DNA of 64,000 bases from Octopus vulgaris (taxonomy: Eukaryota), in the NCBI GenBank assembly GCA_951406725.2, contig OX597839.1, forward strand, positions 17,918,001-17,982,000, read 5' to 3'. A program made the position numbers and the translations under genes. A model generated the notes under the pieces. The model was not told the DNA's origin and did not search any database. It saw only the letters and a program-made list of their open reading frames with translations. Below are positions 1 to 13,221 of this stretch, one piece after another; position 1 is the stretch's first letter, and every line of letters begins with the position of its first letter.

Positions 1-836
1 ACCATACGCATACATGCACACAGAACAACAACAACAGCATACAACACACGTGTAATAAGCAAGTTGCTGAATCTTACCATTTTCAAGCACCTGGTGAACT
101 AAAAACCGAAAACCTCATGTTTCACATGAGGTTCTTAATTATATACTTGAGCAAAGACAGTTTTGTATATATGCATTAGTACTTTGATTGTGTGGCAAAC
201 AATACTCTATTGTTCCTCTGCATTGTTATGGCTTAATTAAATCATTGTTCTCATTCTGTGTTTTAATGCCTTACCATGAGAAAACTGCAACAACCTACGC
301 TAAAGCTAATATTTATTGTTACGTTATTATGACACCAACTAACAACAAAACTTGAGCAGATTTTCCAAGGCATTAGAAAAAAAAATTATAGGATAGATGT
401 ACGTGTGTACACACATACAGAGAGGCACATGCATGCATATACTTAAACATACACACACACGCGCATGCACAAATACACTCGTGCACAAATAACATAGACA
501 CACACACTAATACGCATTCATAGGCACATACACACACCAGAGACACACACAACACTCACTAACACATCCAACATACACACACACACATACATGCAAATAA
601 TACATGCACACACATTTACAAATCAAATAGTGTGGTGTTCATGGTGGAGGTGGAAGGATTGGTGGATAAAAAAATGTGCAAATTTATCATTGAATGATTA
701 GGAATGTTGTATGTTGAATTATTTTCTTACCTTTTTCAAAATTACCAAATAAAGGATTGTGAAAGGGAATCTTTACTTCATAGCTAGTCAATATAATACA
801 TACATACATACATACATACATACATACATACATACA

Positions 837-868
<32 letters not shown>

Positions 869-1080
869 CACATATATGCATATATGTATATATCTATGTG
901 TGTGCATGTGCATGTGTATGTATGTATATACATATATATATTTATTTGTATATATGTATATATATATTTGTATATATATATATGTATATTTGTATATATA
1001 TATATGTATATATATATGTATGTATGTAGGTGTATATATAAATATATATAGATAGATATATATTTATTTGTATATATATA

Positions 1081-1145
<65 letters not shown>

Positions 1146-1242
1146 TACATATTCATTTGTGTGTGTATATGTATGTATATATTTATATATATATATATAT
1201 ATATACACTACATATTCATTTGTGTGTGTATATGTATGTATA

Positions 1243-1277
<35 letters not shown>

Positions 1278-1609
1278 TACATATTCATTTGTGTGTGTAT
1301 ATGTATGTATATATATATATATTTAAAGCCATATGTTTATTTTACATTTATTTCGTTCATTGCCATCCTCATGCACACGCTTTACATGGCTCACCCTATA
1401 TGTTTCATCATCCAATAATAAGTTAGTTATTAATTAAGTTTAAAACTAAGTCTCATTAAATGAAAAATAAAAATTAAAAAAAATCTGAATATAAATTTCT
1501 GTTTATTAGAGGACTTTTGAATATTACCTGCTTTCGAAAAAAGCAAAATGTTTTCATTTTTTCTCTAATTATATTATGGCAAAATCATTTAATACAACAA
1601 CAACAACAG

Positions 1610-1843
1610 TAATGATAATAATAATCCTCTCTACTAAAGGCACAAGGCCTGAAATTTGGTGGGAGAGGACTAGTTGATTACATCGACCCCAGTATGCAAC
1701 TGGTACTTAATTTATTAATCCTCAAAGGATGAAAGGTAAAATTGACTTTGGTGGAATTTGAACTCAGAATGTAACCATGGGCAAAATACTGCTAAGCATT
1801 TCGTCCAGCATGCTAAAAATTCTGCCAGCTCTCTGCCGAAATG

Positions 1844-1890
<47 letters not shown>

Positions 1891-2616
1891 CCTTTCTACT
1901 ATAGGCACAAGGCCTGAAAGTTGAAGGAAAAGGGACTAGTTGATTACATTGACCCCAGTATTTCACTGGTACTTAATTTATTGACCACTTTAATAATAAT
2001 AATAATCCTTTTTACTATAGGCACAAGGCCTGGAATTTTGGGGAGGGTACTAGTTGATTACATGAATCCCAGTATTTCACTGGTACTTTATTTTATCAAC
2101 CCTGAAAGGATGAAAGTCAACATCTGTGAAATTCAAACTCAGAATGTAAAGCAACAGAAAATATATCACAAGGCATTTTGTCAGATGCTCCATTCATTCT
2201 GATTACCTAATCAATCTCCTGTGCTAATAATAATAATGTTTCAAACTTCAGCACATGGCATGAAATTCAGGGAAGGGAATACTCAATTATATTGCCTCCA
2301 GTACTTGACTAGTACTTTATTTTATTGACCCAGCAAGAATGAAAAGCAATGTGGGCCTCTGCAGGATTTGAAGTTGGAATTATTTAACCAAAACAAACAT
2401 TGTCAGGTATTTTGTCCTATGCTCTAACAATTCTGTCAATTCACCACCTTAATAATAATTACAGTAATGCTTTCAAATTTTTGCACCAGGCCAGCAATTT
2501 CAGAGAGTGGGTAAGTCAATTATGCTGAGCCCAGTGCTTGACTGATCCTTATTTTATGCTGCTATGCATTTTGCCTGGCATGCTAATGATTGTGCCAGCT
2601 CACTGCTTTAACAACA

Positions 2617-2657
<41 letters not shown>

Positions 2658-2880
2658 CCTTTCTGCTAAAGACATAAGGCCTTAAAATTTTGTGGAAGGG
2701 AACTAGTTGATTACATCAACCCCCAGTGTTTCACTGGTGCTTAATTTATCAACCCTGAAAAGATGAAAGGTAAAGTTGACCTTGGTGGAATTTGAACTCA
2801 GAATGTCAAGGTAGCTGAAATGCCACTAAGCATTTTACCCAGCATGCTAATTATTCTGCCAGCTCACCACCGTCATAATA
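1610..2880 (-). repeat. Head-to-tail array of ~6 older family B SINEs separated by (AAT)n
   Basis: Recurrent CCTTTCTACTA.AGGCACAAGGCC...GATTACATCGACCCCAG...AAGGATGAAAGG.AAAG.TGAC units, all on the minus strand. Confidence 0.85.
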
Positions 2881-3239
2881 AGAACAATGATGATGACTAT
2901 TTTATTTGCCACAAAGGCATAGATGAGGGGGACACTACTAGGACAGTCTACAGTTTGTGTGGGGTTTTGCATACATGATGAGGAAAGGAAGGAAAAGACA
3001 GTGAAATGAGATAAAAGTATACATTGTATACAAAATATGTGAACCCAGGAATGATGCAGTCCTCCTGATAAAAGAGAACCTCCAATTTCAGTCAATTAAG
3101 GAACTCCACAAATCCGTGATTACCCTGACCACCAGAGGCACTAGGCCTTGCCCAGATGTTGTTCTTCAATCTACAGGTGCATACTTAGAGAAGATCCATT
3201 CACTCCAACCAGTTTTACCATTTAAAAGAAATTCACTGA

Positions 3240-3570
3240 GAGAGAGAGCACACTTTCCTTCCTGTTGGTCACAGCTTCATCGTCTCTGTTGAAACTGTCC
3301 CTGTCACATCTTACAGCCTTTACAGTGTTCACACAGCATCAAGCAGCAGTCATGATGTCGGCATTTCGACACCCAGTACTAATCATCATGATACAGATAA
3401 TGCTTTTCCAAATATTCAGATGGTTTCCAGTCCTTCATATCAGCTTTTTCTTACCTACAACCTTAATGTTTATGCTCTCCAATGCCATTGATTGTTTACC
3501 AATTTATGAAGCTGTTCCTGAAAAAAGGAGGCACAAAAAATTGTAAAGTTTAACCCAAATACCATGTGTG
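3240..3570 (-). mobile_element. Degraded Tc1/mariner-like 5' fragment
   Basis: Frameshifted minus-strand translation MKDWKPSE..IWK..IICIMMISTGCRNADIMTAA.CCVNTVKAVR resembles an HTH N-terminus related to the 13222 fragment. Confidence 0.4.
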
Positions 3571-3675
3571 CTTGTGTGTTGAGTGCCTTTTTCTTTCATT
3601 TGTCCATTCACTTGTATATATATATATAAATATATATATATACTTTATTTAAAAGCAGCAGAAATTTAACAAAAG

Positions 3676-3713
3676 CTGTTACTCAGAGTTTCACATTCAC
3701 GTTCATCAGACAG
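3676..3713 (-). ncRNA. Minimal type I hammerhead ribozyme motif
   Basis: Minus strand: ctgt-CTGATGA-acg(tgaa)tgt-GAAA-ctctgag-TA-acag; GUA triplet. Confidence 0.75.
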
Positions 3714-3904
3714 TTTGGTTAAACAACAGCTTTTGTTAAATTTCTGCTGCTTTTAAATAAAGCATATTACTCTACCTCTGGTATTTGAGTACTCTTTTTT
3801 CCACCTTATTTCACATTTATGTGTTTACTCCGGTATATATATATATATATATATATATGCACTTTTTATTAGTATGTATGTATAAATGAATGACTGTATG
3901 TATG

Positions 3905-3955
<51 letters not shown>

Positions 3956-4733
3956 ATCCATCCTGCTGTAAACTGCTATAAACAATGCATAAATTTCAAG
4001 TGTATATATTGTGTATTATGTTACAAATTTAGAGGTCTCACTACAATAAATAGAGATTAATTATTATATTATTATGTTTATGTGTTCATACAAATAATTT
4101 TTTTCTATATTATATGTTTTCTTGGCCTCTCTAACTAAATTATTTTTTCTCCATTATGAGAATGCTCTATACACTGACCACATCTATTTTTATATTCATG
4201 AAATTGGACCTCCTCTGTGTCAGATTGTTTTTGCATTGCATAAATTGAAGAATTTCATAGAATGAATAGTTTTCTTACACATGTTTACCAATTACCTGCT
4301 ACTGATGTTCTTCTGGAAGTCAATCAACTTTTGTCCAGGATGTCCTCTCTTTCATCATAAAAAATATGTATTTGTGTGTGTGTGTGTGTGTGTGTATCAT
4401 TTATTGCCCACATTTCCATACTTGCATGGGTCAGTCAAAATTTCTTGACACAGATTTTTTCATCTCTCACCAAGCAAGGTAATATTTCCCCATGGCCCGA
4501 CTTATTTTCCACAGAAGACTAGAAATGAACAGCCTTGCTTGTATGGATGTCTAGATAAAGTACATATAATCACACAGATACATATGTGTATTCACACACA
4601 CACATATGTATATACATACATATTTATATATATAAATATGGATATATATATATATAAGCAATAATAAATCTCAGAGCGTAAAAGTATAAGTGTTTGTGAA
4701 GAGAACCTGCTTCTCATCGACAACTGTGATTGT

Positions 4734-4778
4734 CACACACTGATGACGGGTCAATACCCAGAAACTTGAGTCCGTGTG
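4734..4778 (+). ncRNA. Minimal type I hammerhead ribozyme motif
   Basis: cacaca-CTGATGA-cgggt(caat)accca-GAAA-cttgag-TC-cgtgtg; GUC cleavage triplet; one mismatch closing each of stems I and II. Confidence 0.75.
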
Positions 4779-5179
4779 TATCATAAGTTGAAGACGGGAA
4801 GGATGGCTTCCCTTTGCAAACACTGATAGGGCACAGAAAGTGTGTCTATGGCCAGCTGGAGGAGGTGTCCTCCTGGGGCTACAAACTACAGTAGCATCCA
4901 CCCTTAAGGGTTAGGCATATTTAAATGGCAAATATGCATCACTATATATATATACATACACACATACATGCTCACACACACATACACACACACACAATAA
5001 TAATAACAACAATAATGCTAGGATGAAATTTATAAATATGTAATACATTGCTACGTATGTTTCCACAAATCACATGATTTTGACATCAGAGCCAGTATCT
5101 TTGCTGAAAACAGCAAGGATACTACCCATGGTGAGCTCTGATTGAAGGAGCCCTGCCCCTTCAAAAAAAAAAAAACTAA

Positions 5180-5388
5180 CCCTTTAGCATCCAGATTATT
5201 CAGTCAAATTTATTCACATTGTTTTCCATTGATCATGCATTACCTTATAGCTTCAAGATTTAAATGATGTGATTGTTTATTTTTAGAATGACTTTGTAGG
5301 TTAGATATAAAAACCCAGATCTAACTGATCTGAACATACAACAGGCAGAATACGTGGGTTTGATATGGTCAGTTTAACTGCTAAAGGC
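5180..5388. mobile_element. Second, more diverged copy of the same piggyBac-type MITE
   Basis: CCCTTTAGCAT ... TGCTAAAGGC termini and internal similarity to 5406-5622; a partial copy also starts at ~56220. Confidence 0.65.
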
Positions 5389-5405
5389 TTGATTTTGTTT
5401 CTTAA

Positions 5406-5622
5406 CCCATTAGCATTCATATTACTTTTTCAAATATAATGCTTATTTGTTCACATTGTTTTGAATTAATTATGCATTATCTTGAGGTTTCAAATCATTG
5501 ATGATATGATTGTTTTATTTTTAGACAATGTAGTCTAGGTGTGGGAGGCCAGATTTGGCTGGTTTGGACATAAAACAGGTAGAATATTTCAGCTTGATAT
5601 GGCCAGATTAAATACTAAAGGG
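5406..5622. mobile_element. piggyBac-type MITE
   Basis: TTAA at 5402-5405 and 5623-5626; termini CCCATTAGCATT / AATACTAAAGGG. Confidence 0.75.
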
Positions 5623-5689
5623 TTAAAGATATGTTAATAGAATAGGGACAGTAACTTAGGGTTAAGGGCTAATGAAAAATAGTCACACC

Positions 5690-6078
5690 CTACTCAATGG
5701 CAAGAGTAAATTTCACCTGTTTATCAAAAACATGTCTCTTTGAGTTTTTTTAATGAAGAGTTGGGCCTGCTCGGTGATTAATATTTAACAGCTGCAGTAT
5801 TATAACTGTAGTAAGATAGCATAATAATTTGCTCTATAAATTGGGGCTAGAATGAATGGTTTGACAAAATTTAACTGTTTCTATTTTATTTATTAGAAAT
5901 TAATCTTTATAGTGAAAAAGCTTTAATTATTTAAAGGGACGAAAAGACCCTATTGAGCTTTTATCATTATTTAGATTATATATATATAATTTATTTGGTT
6001 GGGGTGATCAAAAAATAAAGAGTGTTTAAGGTGAGTGTAACTTCCTTAGTTTTGAATTTATTTGAATAATAAATCATT
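5690..6078 (+). pseudogene. NUMT: nuclear copy of a mitochondrial 16S rRNA (rrnL) fragment
   Basis: CACCTGTTTATCAAAAACAT at 5714 (16Sar primer site CGCCTGTTTATCAAAAACAT, 1 mismatch), followed in the correct order by GGGCTAGAATGAATGGTTTGAC, GGGACGAAAAGACCCTATTGAGCTTT (~5936) and TTGGTTGGGGTGATC (~5995); flanked by nuclear repeats and truncated. Confidence 0.93.
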
Positions 6079-6819
6079 GCCCCTATGTTATTAACACTTA
6101 ATAATTATTTATTTATTTATTTATTTATTATACTTAAACAAGAATATTGTTGACAGTGACTTCAAAGTCTCACCTAGTTAAGCCATCATCGAACTAGCCA
6201 AAACTACAAAGTCACTGACAAATTCTTTCACATTTGTACTTTACAATAGTATAGAATAACCGTAACCTCACAAATTAATATAAACTTGTATTTATTATAA
6301 CTAAACATAAAAGCAAACTTTAACACATGTGTGTGTGTGTTGTGCACATGTGTGTGTGTGTGTAAACTCTTCATGTCCTTTTCATATTCATTGATTTCAA
6401 ATTCAAATTTCTAATCCTGCCTCCTGTTGTGGGGAGATAGTTACATCCCTTTGTATGAAAGGCCATCCAGAGGGCACTTCGTGAATCTGCTGTTTATTTT
6501 CCCAAAATGCTTTGCTCATAGAGCTTCCTCAACAACCAACTTCAAAATGAAGTCCAAAACTTGCACATCCGATGAATGTAAGTCTATTGATCTTATGTGA
6601 ATCTTGGAGTCATGTCTAAGTGTTTTCTTAGTACCATTATATTTAATTTACATTATGGTTTGTATGTTCCTTTGAATGTATGTGTATATATATATATATA
6701 TATATAAAACATATACATATGTACATATATATATATTATATATACACATGAGTATATATATATATATAATGTATATATGTATACTATATATGTGTTTGTA
6801 TATATATATACATACATAC

Positions 6820-6850
<31 letters not shown>

Positions 6851-6979
6851 CATATCCATATATATATACATATATATATATATACATATATATATATATC
6901 CACACACACATATATATATAAATATATATATATATACATACATATATATACATATATATATATATACATATATATATAC

Positions 6980-7010
<31 letters not shown>

Positions 7011-7023
7011 CATATATATACAT

Positions 7024-7056
<33 letters not shown>

Positions 7057-7464
7057 GGCGCAGGCGCTGTAGGCGCAGGAGTGGCTGTGTGGTAAGTAGC
7101 TTGTTTACCAACCACATGGTTCCGGGTTCAGTTCCACTGCGTGGCACGTTGGGCAAGTGTCTTCTACTATAGCCTCGGGCCGACCAAAGCCCTGTGAGTG
7201 GATTTGGTAGACGGAAACTGAAAGAAGCCCGTCGTATATATGTATATATATATATGAGTGTGTGTGTGTCTCTGTTTGTCCCCCTAGCATTGCTTGACAA
7301 CAGATGCTGGTGTGTTTATGTTCCCGTTACTTAGCGGTTCGGCAAAAGAGACCGATAGAATAAGTACTGGGCTTACAAAAAAGAATAAGTCCGGGATCAA
7401 GTTGCTCGATTAAAGGCGGTGCTCCAGCATGGCCGCAGTCAAATGACTGAAACAAGCAAAAGAG
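7057..7464 (+). mobile_element. tRNA-derived SINE family A (~400 bp, internal TA/TG microsatellite, AAAAGAGT tail)
   Basis: Head with A-box-like TGGCTGTGTGG and B-box-like GGTTCAGTTCC; many similar copies in the window, including older or partial ones at ~16905-17280, 40030-40350, 51235-51630, 57490-57975 and 62305-62745. Confidence 0.9.
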
Positions 7465-7527
<63 letters not shown>

Positions 7528-7564
7528 CCATATATATATACATATATATATACATATATATATA

Positions 7565-7603
<39 letters not shown>

Positions 7604-7649
7604 CATATATATACATATATATATACATATATATATATACATATATATG

Positions 7650-7725
<76 letters not shown>

Positions 7726-8166
7726 TGTGTATATATATATACACAAACATATATATTGTTGATATTCATACATAGTTATTTATGGCTTCTAATTTGTTTT
7801 GTGTATCCAATTTATTGATTGTGCTTCCTTCTGCAATGGTGCAGTATTAGAACAGCAATAAATGTTGTGCCCATATGACTACAAAACAACACATTTAATG
7901 ACAGATTACTTGTGTGTATATTTACACACACACACACACACATGTACATACATACATACATACATACATACATACATACATACATACATTCCTATACATT
8001 TAAGTATTTAATTATATATAGAGAGTTTGCAGATTTTTTTTGTTGTTGTTGGTTATTACTTTTGTAGATTTGTACTTAGCTAGTTTTTGAGTAATTTTTA
8101 ATTAAGATATTGGCATATGTGTGTATGAGTGTATACGTGCCTATTTGTACATATACATATTGCATA

Positions 8167-8218
<52 letters not shown>

Positions 8219-9693
8219 TACATACTTACACACACACACATACATTTATCTGTCATTATTATTATCATCTAAAGTCCACTTTTCCATTCTTGCATGGACC
8301 AGATAATTTGTTGGGGCAGGTTTACTGCTGCTGGATATCCTTCCTGTTGCTAACTAGTGCCTGTTTCCAAGCAAGGTAATATTTCTTCATGGCCAGGTTT
8401 GCTTTACATGGAAGACTAGAAATGTCAACAACCTCGCTTGTAAGACGGATGCTCGTTTACAACCATCACATGGTGTCTAGACAAGAATACACACACTCAC
8501 ACACACATGTATATATATATATATGTACTTGATGGGCTTCCACACAGTTTCCATCTGCCTAATTAATTCACAAAGCATTGGTCAGTCCGAGGTTACAGTA
8601 GGAGACACTTGTTCAAGATGCCATACAGAGGAACTGAACCCATATCCACATGGTTGCAAAGTGACCTTCTTAACCACAAAGCCATAACTATGTCTTATGG
8701 TCAAATTATTAAAACGTTTGCTTTACATTGGGCCTTATGTTCAATTCGTGTGTGTGACCTCTTGAACTATTGTCTTTTGACATAATCTCAGGTTAATTCA
8801 AGCACCTTATGTAAAATTGACTAGAGGGAAATTGAATGGATGTACAACCAAATCCAACACAGCAGTAGTCAAACTCATGATATCACACATGAGTTTACTG
8901 GAAACAAAGTTCACTGTGGGAGATTTCACCACCAAATGGCAATGATTTGAGAAGTGCAAAGTATATGGTGTCCATGGTCGTCTTTGTAGCCACCATGAAC
9001 CTACCCCTAGAGTTGGGAGGAAAGCAGTCCAGAGGACCAGAATGAGGTAGCCAGTCAAAAGGGCTTTCTTAGATGACATCAATCCAAGGAATACAGTGGA
9101 CCCTTAGCTTGGTGGAAAGGACTTTGTGGCCACATACGAAATTCAGCTTAATTCAGGGAATTGAGCCTGAGTATCATGAAATGAAAGGTTGCCATATAGC
9201 ATGTTTACGGATTGAACTTGCAATTCAAAGGTCTAGCCTTGTCAAATATTGTGTCACGCTGATTCCACTTAAGAACTTGTCTGTGGAGTGCTCAGTCACT
9301 TATATGCTAATTCAATGAGTAGGTAGCTTCAGCAGATAGAGAATTACTCACTGAGTGTAGACAGATATATAATATATATATTGATACAGGCATAGCTAAG
9401 AGGAAGTGTAGTCATGGCTGTGTGGTTAAGAAGTTTGCTTTGCAACCAAGTGGTACTGTGTGACAACTTGAGCAAGTGCCTTCTACTGAGCCTTAATGAA
9501 ACCAAGACTTTGTGAGTGAATTTCTTAGATGGAAACCACAAAACCTATCGTATGTATGTGTATGTGCTTGGAGGTTAGGGTTAGTGACAGGAACAGCATC
9601 CAGCTGTAAAACAGTTCACCAGTCATATGCATCATGCAAACTTTGTTAACATGGAAACACAAACATAAAAATGAAATATGTGTTTTGTGTGTG

Positions 9694-10200
<507 letters not shown>

Positions 10201-10599
10201 TACACACACACATATATATGTATGCATGTATTCATGTATGTACGTAATTTTATTTTTTTATAGTATTTATCACTCTACAAATCATAGATCATTTCTAACC
10301 AAATTATGTAATTATGTAACTCTGCACCGTATGACGCATAAGCCACTTAATTAAACAACGTGGTCTTTGTATTTTTTTAACTAAGAATAATCTCGAATAT
10401 CTATGTGTGTGTGTGGAGGGGGGAGGGTTATTAATACAATGAGTCTAGCAAAAGGTATTTTGTTTCAACTAAAAACACATTAGGGATTGATTAACAAGAG
10501 AAGTGGAAGCTCCTGCATAATAGCTGAGATTGTGCTAGTGTTAGTAATGTTGTGTTGGTTTTGGTTAAGTCTATAAAAGCCATGTAAAGGGAGTGGTTT

Positions 10600-11335
10600 T
10601 GCTCACAGCATTTCTCCTGGAGAAGACGTGTGACAAAGATCATGTCAACAGTCAAGCGGGCACTTCAGGAACCACATTGGGTTTCAGGCAGAAAACATCA
10701 GCAACATGCCTTCTGAGGCATGATGGAAGGACTTTGACACCATTGACCATGATGTTTTGTGAGAAATCCTGACAAAATTTGGCCACCCCACAAATTATCT
10801 TACCATTCTGAAGGACTTCCACAATGTAATGATGGCACCCAGTCTGACTTCTTCCTAGTCCAATCGGTGTCAAGCAAGGATACGTACTTACCCTGATCAT
10901 CTTCAACTTCTACATAGCAGCCATAGCCCTCCACGCCAGGCATTCATTCAAGATGAAAGATGCAATAATTATTAGGTACAACACAGATGGCAGTATTTTC
11001 AATCTGAGGCACCTGAAATCTGTAACAAAGACATCATCTCAACACATCTTTGAGTTGCAATATGCAGATGATATGGCACTTGTCAGCCATAGCCCTGCTG
11101 GCTTTCAAAGGCTCTTGGACCACATGTCAGATGCATACAGCCATGCTGACCCAGTCATCAATACCAAGAAGATGAAAATCCTCCAACAGCCTTGTGCCCC
11201 CGACACCAACCCATGCTCCTTCCATGTTGAAGATCCAACAATTGCTAATGTTAACCAATTCATGTACCATGACTTAGTCTTCAACAACACTCTCAATCTG
11301 ACATGATATTCAGCACCACATTTGACTTGCCTCCT
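10600..11335 (+). pseudogene. RTE-clade LINE reverse transcriptase fragment
   Basis: GVKQG..L..IIFNFYI upstream of ORF 10953-11306, which contains IRYNTDGSIFNLRHL...ELQYADDMALVSHS...QRLLD...INTKK, characteristic of RTE/BovB-type RT; frameshifted. Confidence 0.9.
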
Positions 11336-11564
11336 GCTCTGTTTTTATTGTTTTGTGTGTGTGTTTTCAATTCTTTATCTACCTGTTACAAATGCCCATG
11401 TTGTCCATCTGTCTGTCTTCCCCTCATTTTATTTGTGCTATTTCACCTACCTACATACATACATGCATACATACACAGAAAGAGAGAGTCATACACATGT
11501 ACACAACAAATATACTTGTGTTTTAGGAAACCAAAGAAATCTTTAAACTATATTGATAAATTTT

Positions 11565-11800
11565 CATCTATCTATCTGCTCAGTCGAAGTCAACTCTCGG
11601 TTACTCGTTGGATCAGTGTCCTCCAGTCAGCTCTATCCTGGGCCGCTTCTTTCAGATTGGCTATGTCCATTCTGGTATCACTCTTGATGGTGTCAATCCA
11701 GCAGGTTCTTGGTCGGCCTCTTCCTCTCTTGCCACTGACCATTCCGAGCATGATGTCCTTCTCCAGGGATTTCTCTGCATAATATGACCAAAATGTTCAT
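11565..11800 (-). mobile_element. RTE LINE 3' end with (GATA)n tail
   Basis: Minus-strand frame LEKDIMLGMVSGKRGRGRPRTCWIDTIKSD...LKEAAQDRADWRTLIQRV (BovB-like C-terminus); near-identical to 55941-56148. Confidence 0.85.
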
Positions 11801-12469
11801 ACCACCCAAAAAACATTATTAACATTCTAGATAGAGTGAGCATTTAGAAATAAATTTATCAACACTGCAGTGGCAAATTTGACTGGCATCAGTTTGGGGG
11901 AGAAAGAACAGGACAAGGGCCACGTTATTAGCAGCAGTCATCATGAGGATCTCTCTCCTATATAGATAAGTGAAGCGAACTACGTGAAGACACGTGTCTG
12001 TGGAGTGCTCAGCCACTTGCACGTTAATTTCACAAGCAGGCTGTTCCATTGATCGGATCAACTGGAACTCTCGTCATCAATCCATAATAATGTTTGTAGA
12101 TTAATTCCATCAGAGGATGCGGCCATATAGATGCATTTAACTTAGGATGAGACAAGCCTCCATCTTTGGGAAAGAGACCTTACACTTGAGATTTTAAAGC
12201 AGAGAAGTTTGAAGATAGAACTTCCACCCCTTTAATTTTCCATATCATTTGTATTCTTTGTAAGTTGAACCTTTTTATATGTATGCATATATACAGATCT
12301 TGTATTTCATGTATTTAATATACTTTACATATAGATCTGTCTAATTTGCTTATCCCCACATTTGCTTCTATACCTGCTCAAGTTTGAATATGTTGAGCAC
12401 TAGGAAGTGTATTCTATATGGAGAACATTTGGATCTCATCTATGAACTATATATGTATGTATGTATATA

Positions 12470-12666
12470 TAGAGAGAGTTTACGGAAAAAACAAAAGACG
12501 AAGACAGGTGGTGTACAAAACAAACAGATGTATTAGTATAACGCTCAGGAATAGAAAAAGTATTTTACATTTCGAGCCTACGCTCTTCTACGGAAAGGGA
12601 CACAAAAATCAAGGAGAGAAAAAAATGTGTGTAGTGGCTAACGATCTACCATGGCGATCTATACAT

Positions 12667-12670
<4 letters not shown>
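12470..12670 (-). mobile_element. Penelope-like retroelement terminal-repeat fragment (other copies ~34200-34400(+), 43390-43550(+), 45790-45965(-), 63330-63465(-))
   Basis: Five similar ~170-bp copies next to (TA)n, each containing a hammerhead-like motif; PLE assignment inferred from the known association of minimal hammerheads with PLE pseudo-LTRs. Confidence 0.6.
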
Positions 12671-12731
<61 letters not shown>

Positions 12732-13221
12732 CTTTGTGCTTGTCCCCCACCACTGCTTGACAACGGGTGTGTGTTTGTCTAGGTCACCATAACTTAGCAG
12801 TTCAGAAAAAGGAATCAATAGAATAAGTACTAGGTTTTAAAAAAATCAGTACTGGGGGGTCAATTCATTTGACTAAAACAAGTAAAGGATATCAGGTAAC
12901 CAACAATACTTAAACAAGTCACTCCACCAGCTTTGGTAGCAGTCACCACAGTGACTGAAGCCTATAAAAGAATATAAAAAAAATGAAATGACAATTCTTA
13001 TCTAATACATTTTTTTTTTGTTTACTGTTATATTACCTATAATTACATTTTCTTCAATGTTACCTGTTGTTAATATAGGTTTGTCATTGTCAAATATTCA
13101 TTATTACTTCTTCCTCACTTTCAACAGAGAAAAATTGTTTGTATAATTAGGTTTCGTCAAATGTACTTTAAAGGATAAAAATTGCCTTCAGGTTTTATAC
13201 ACACACACACATATATATATG

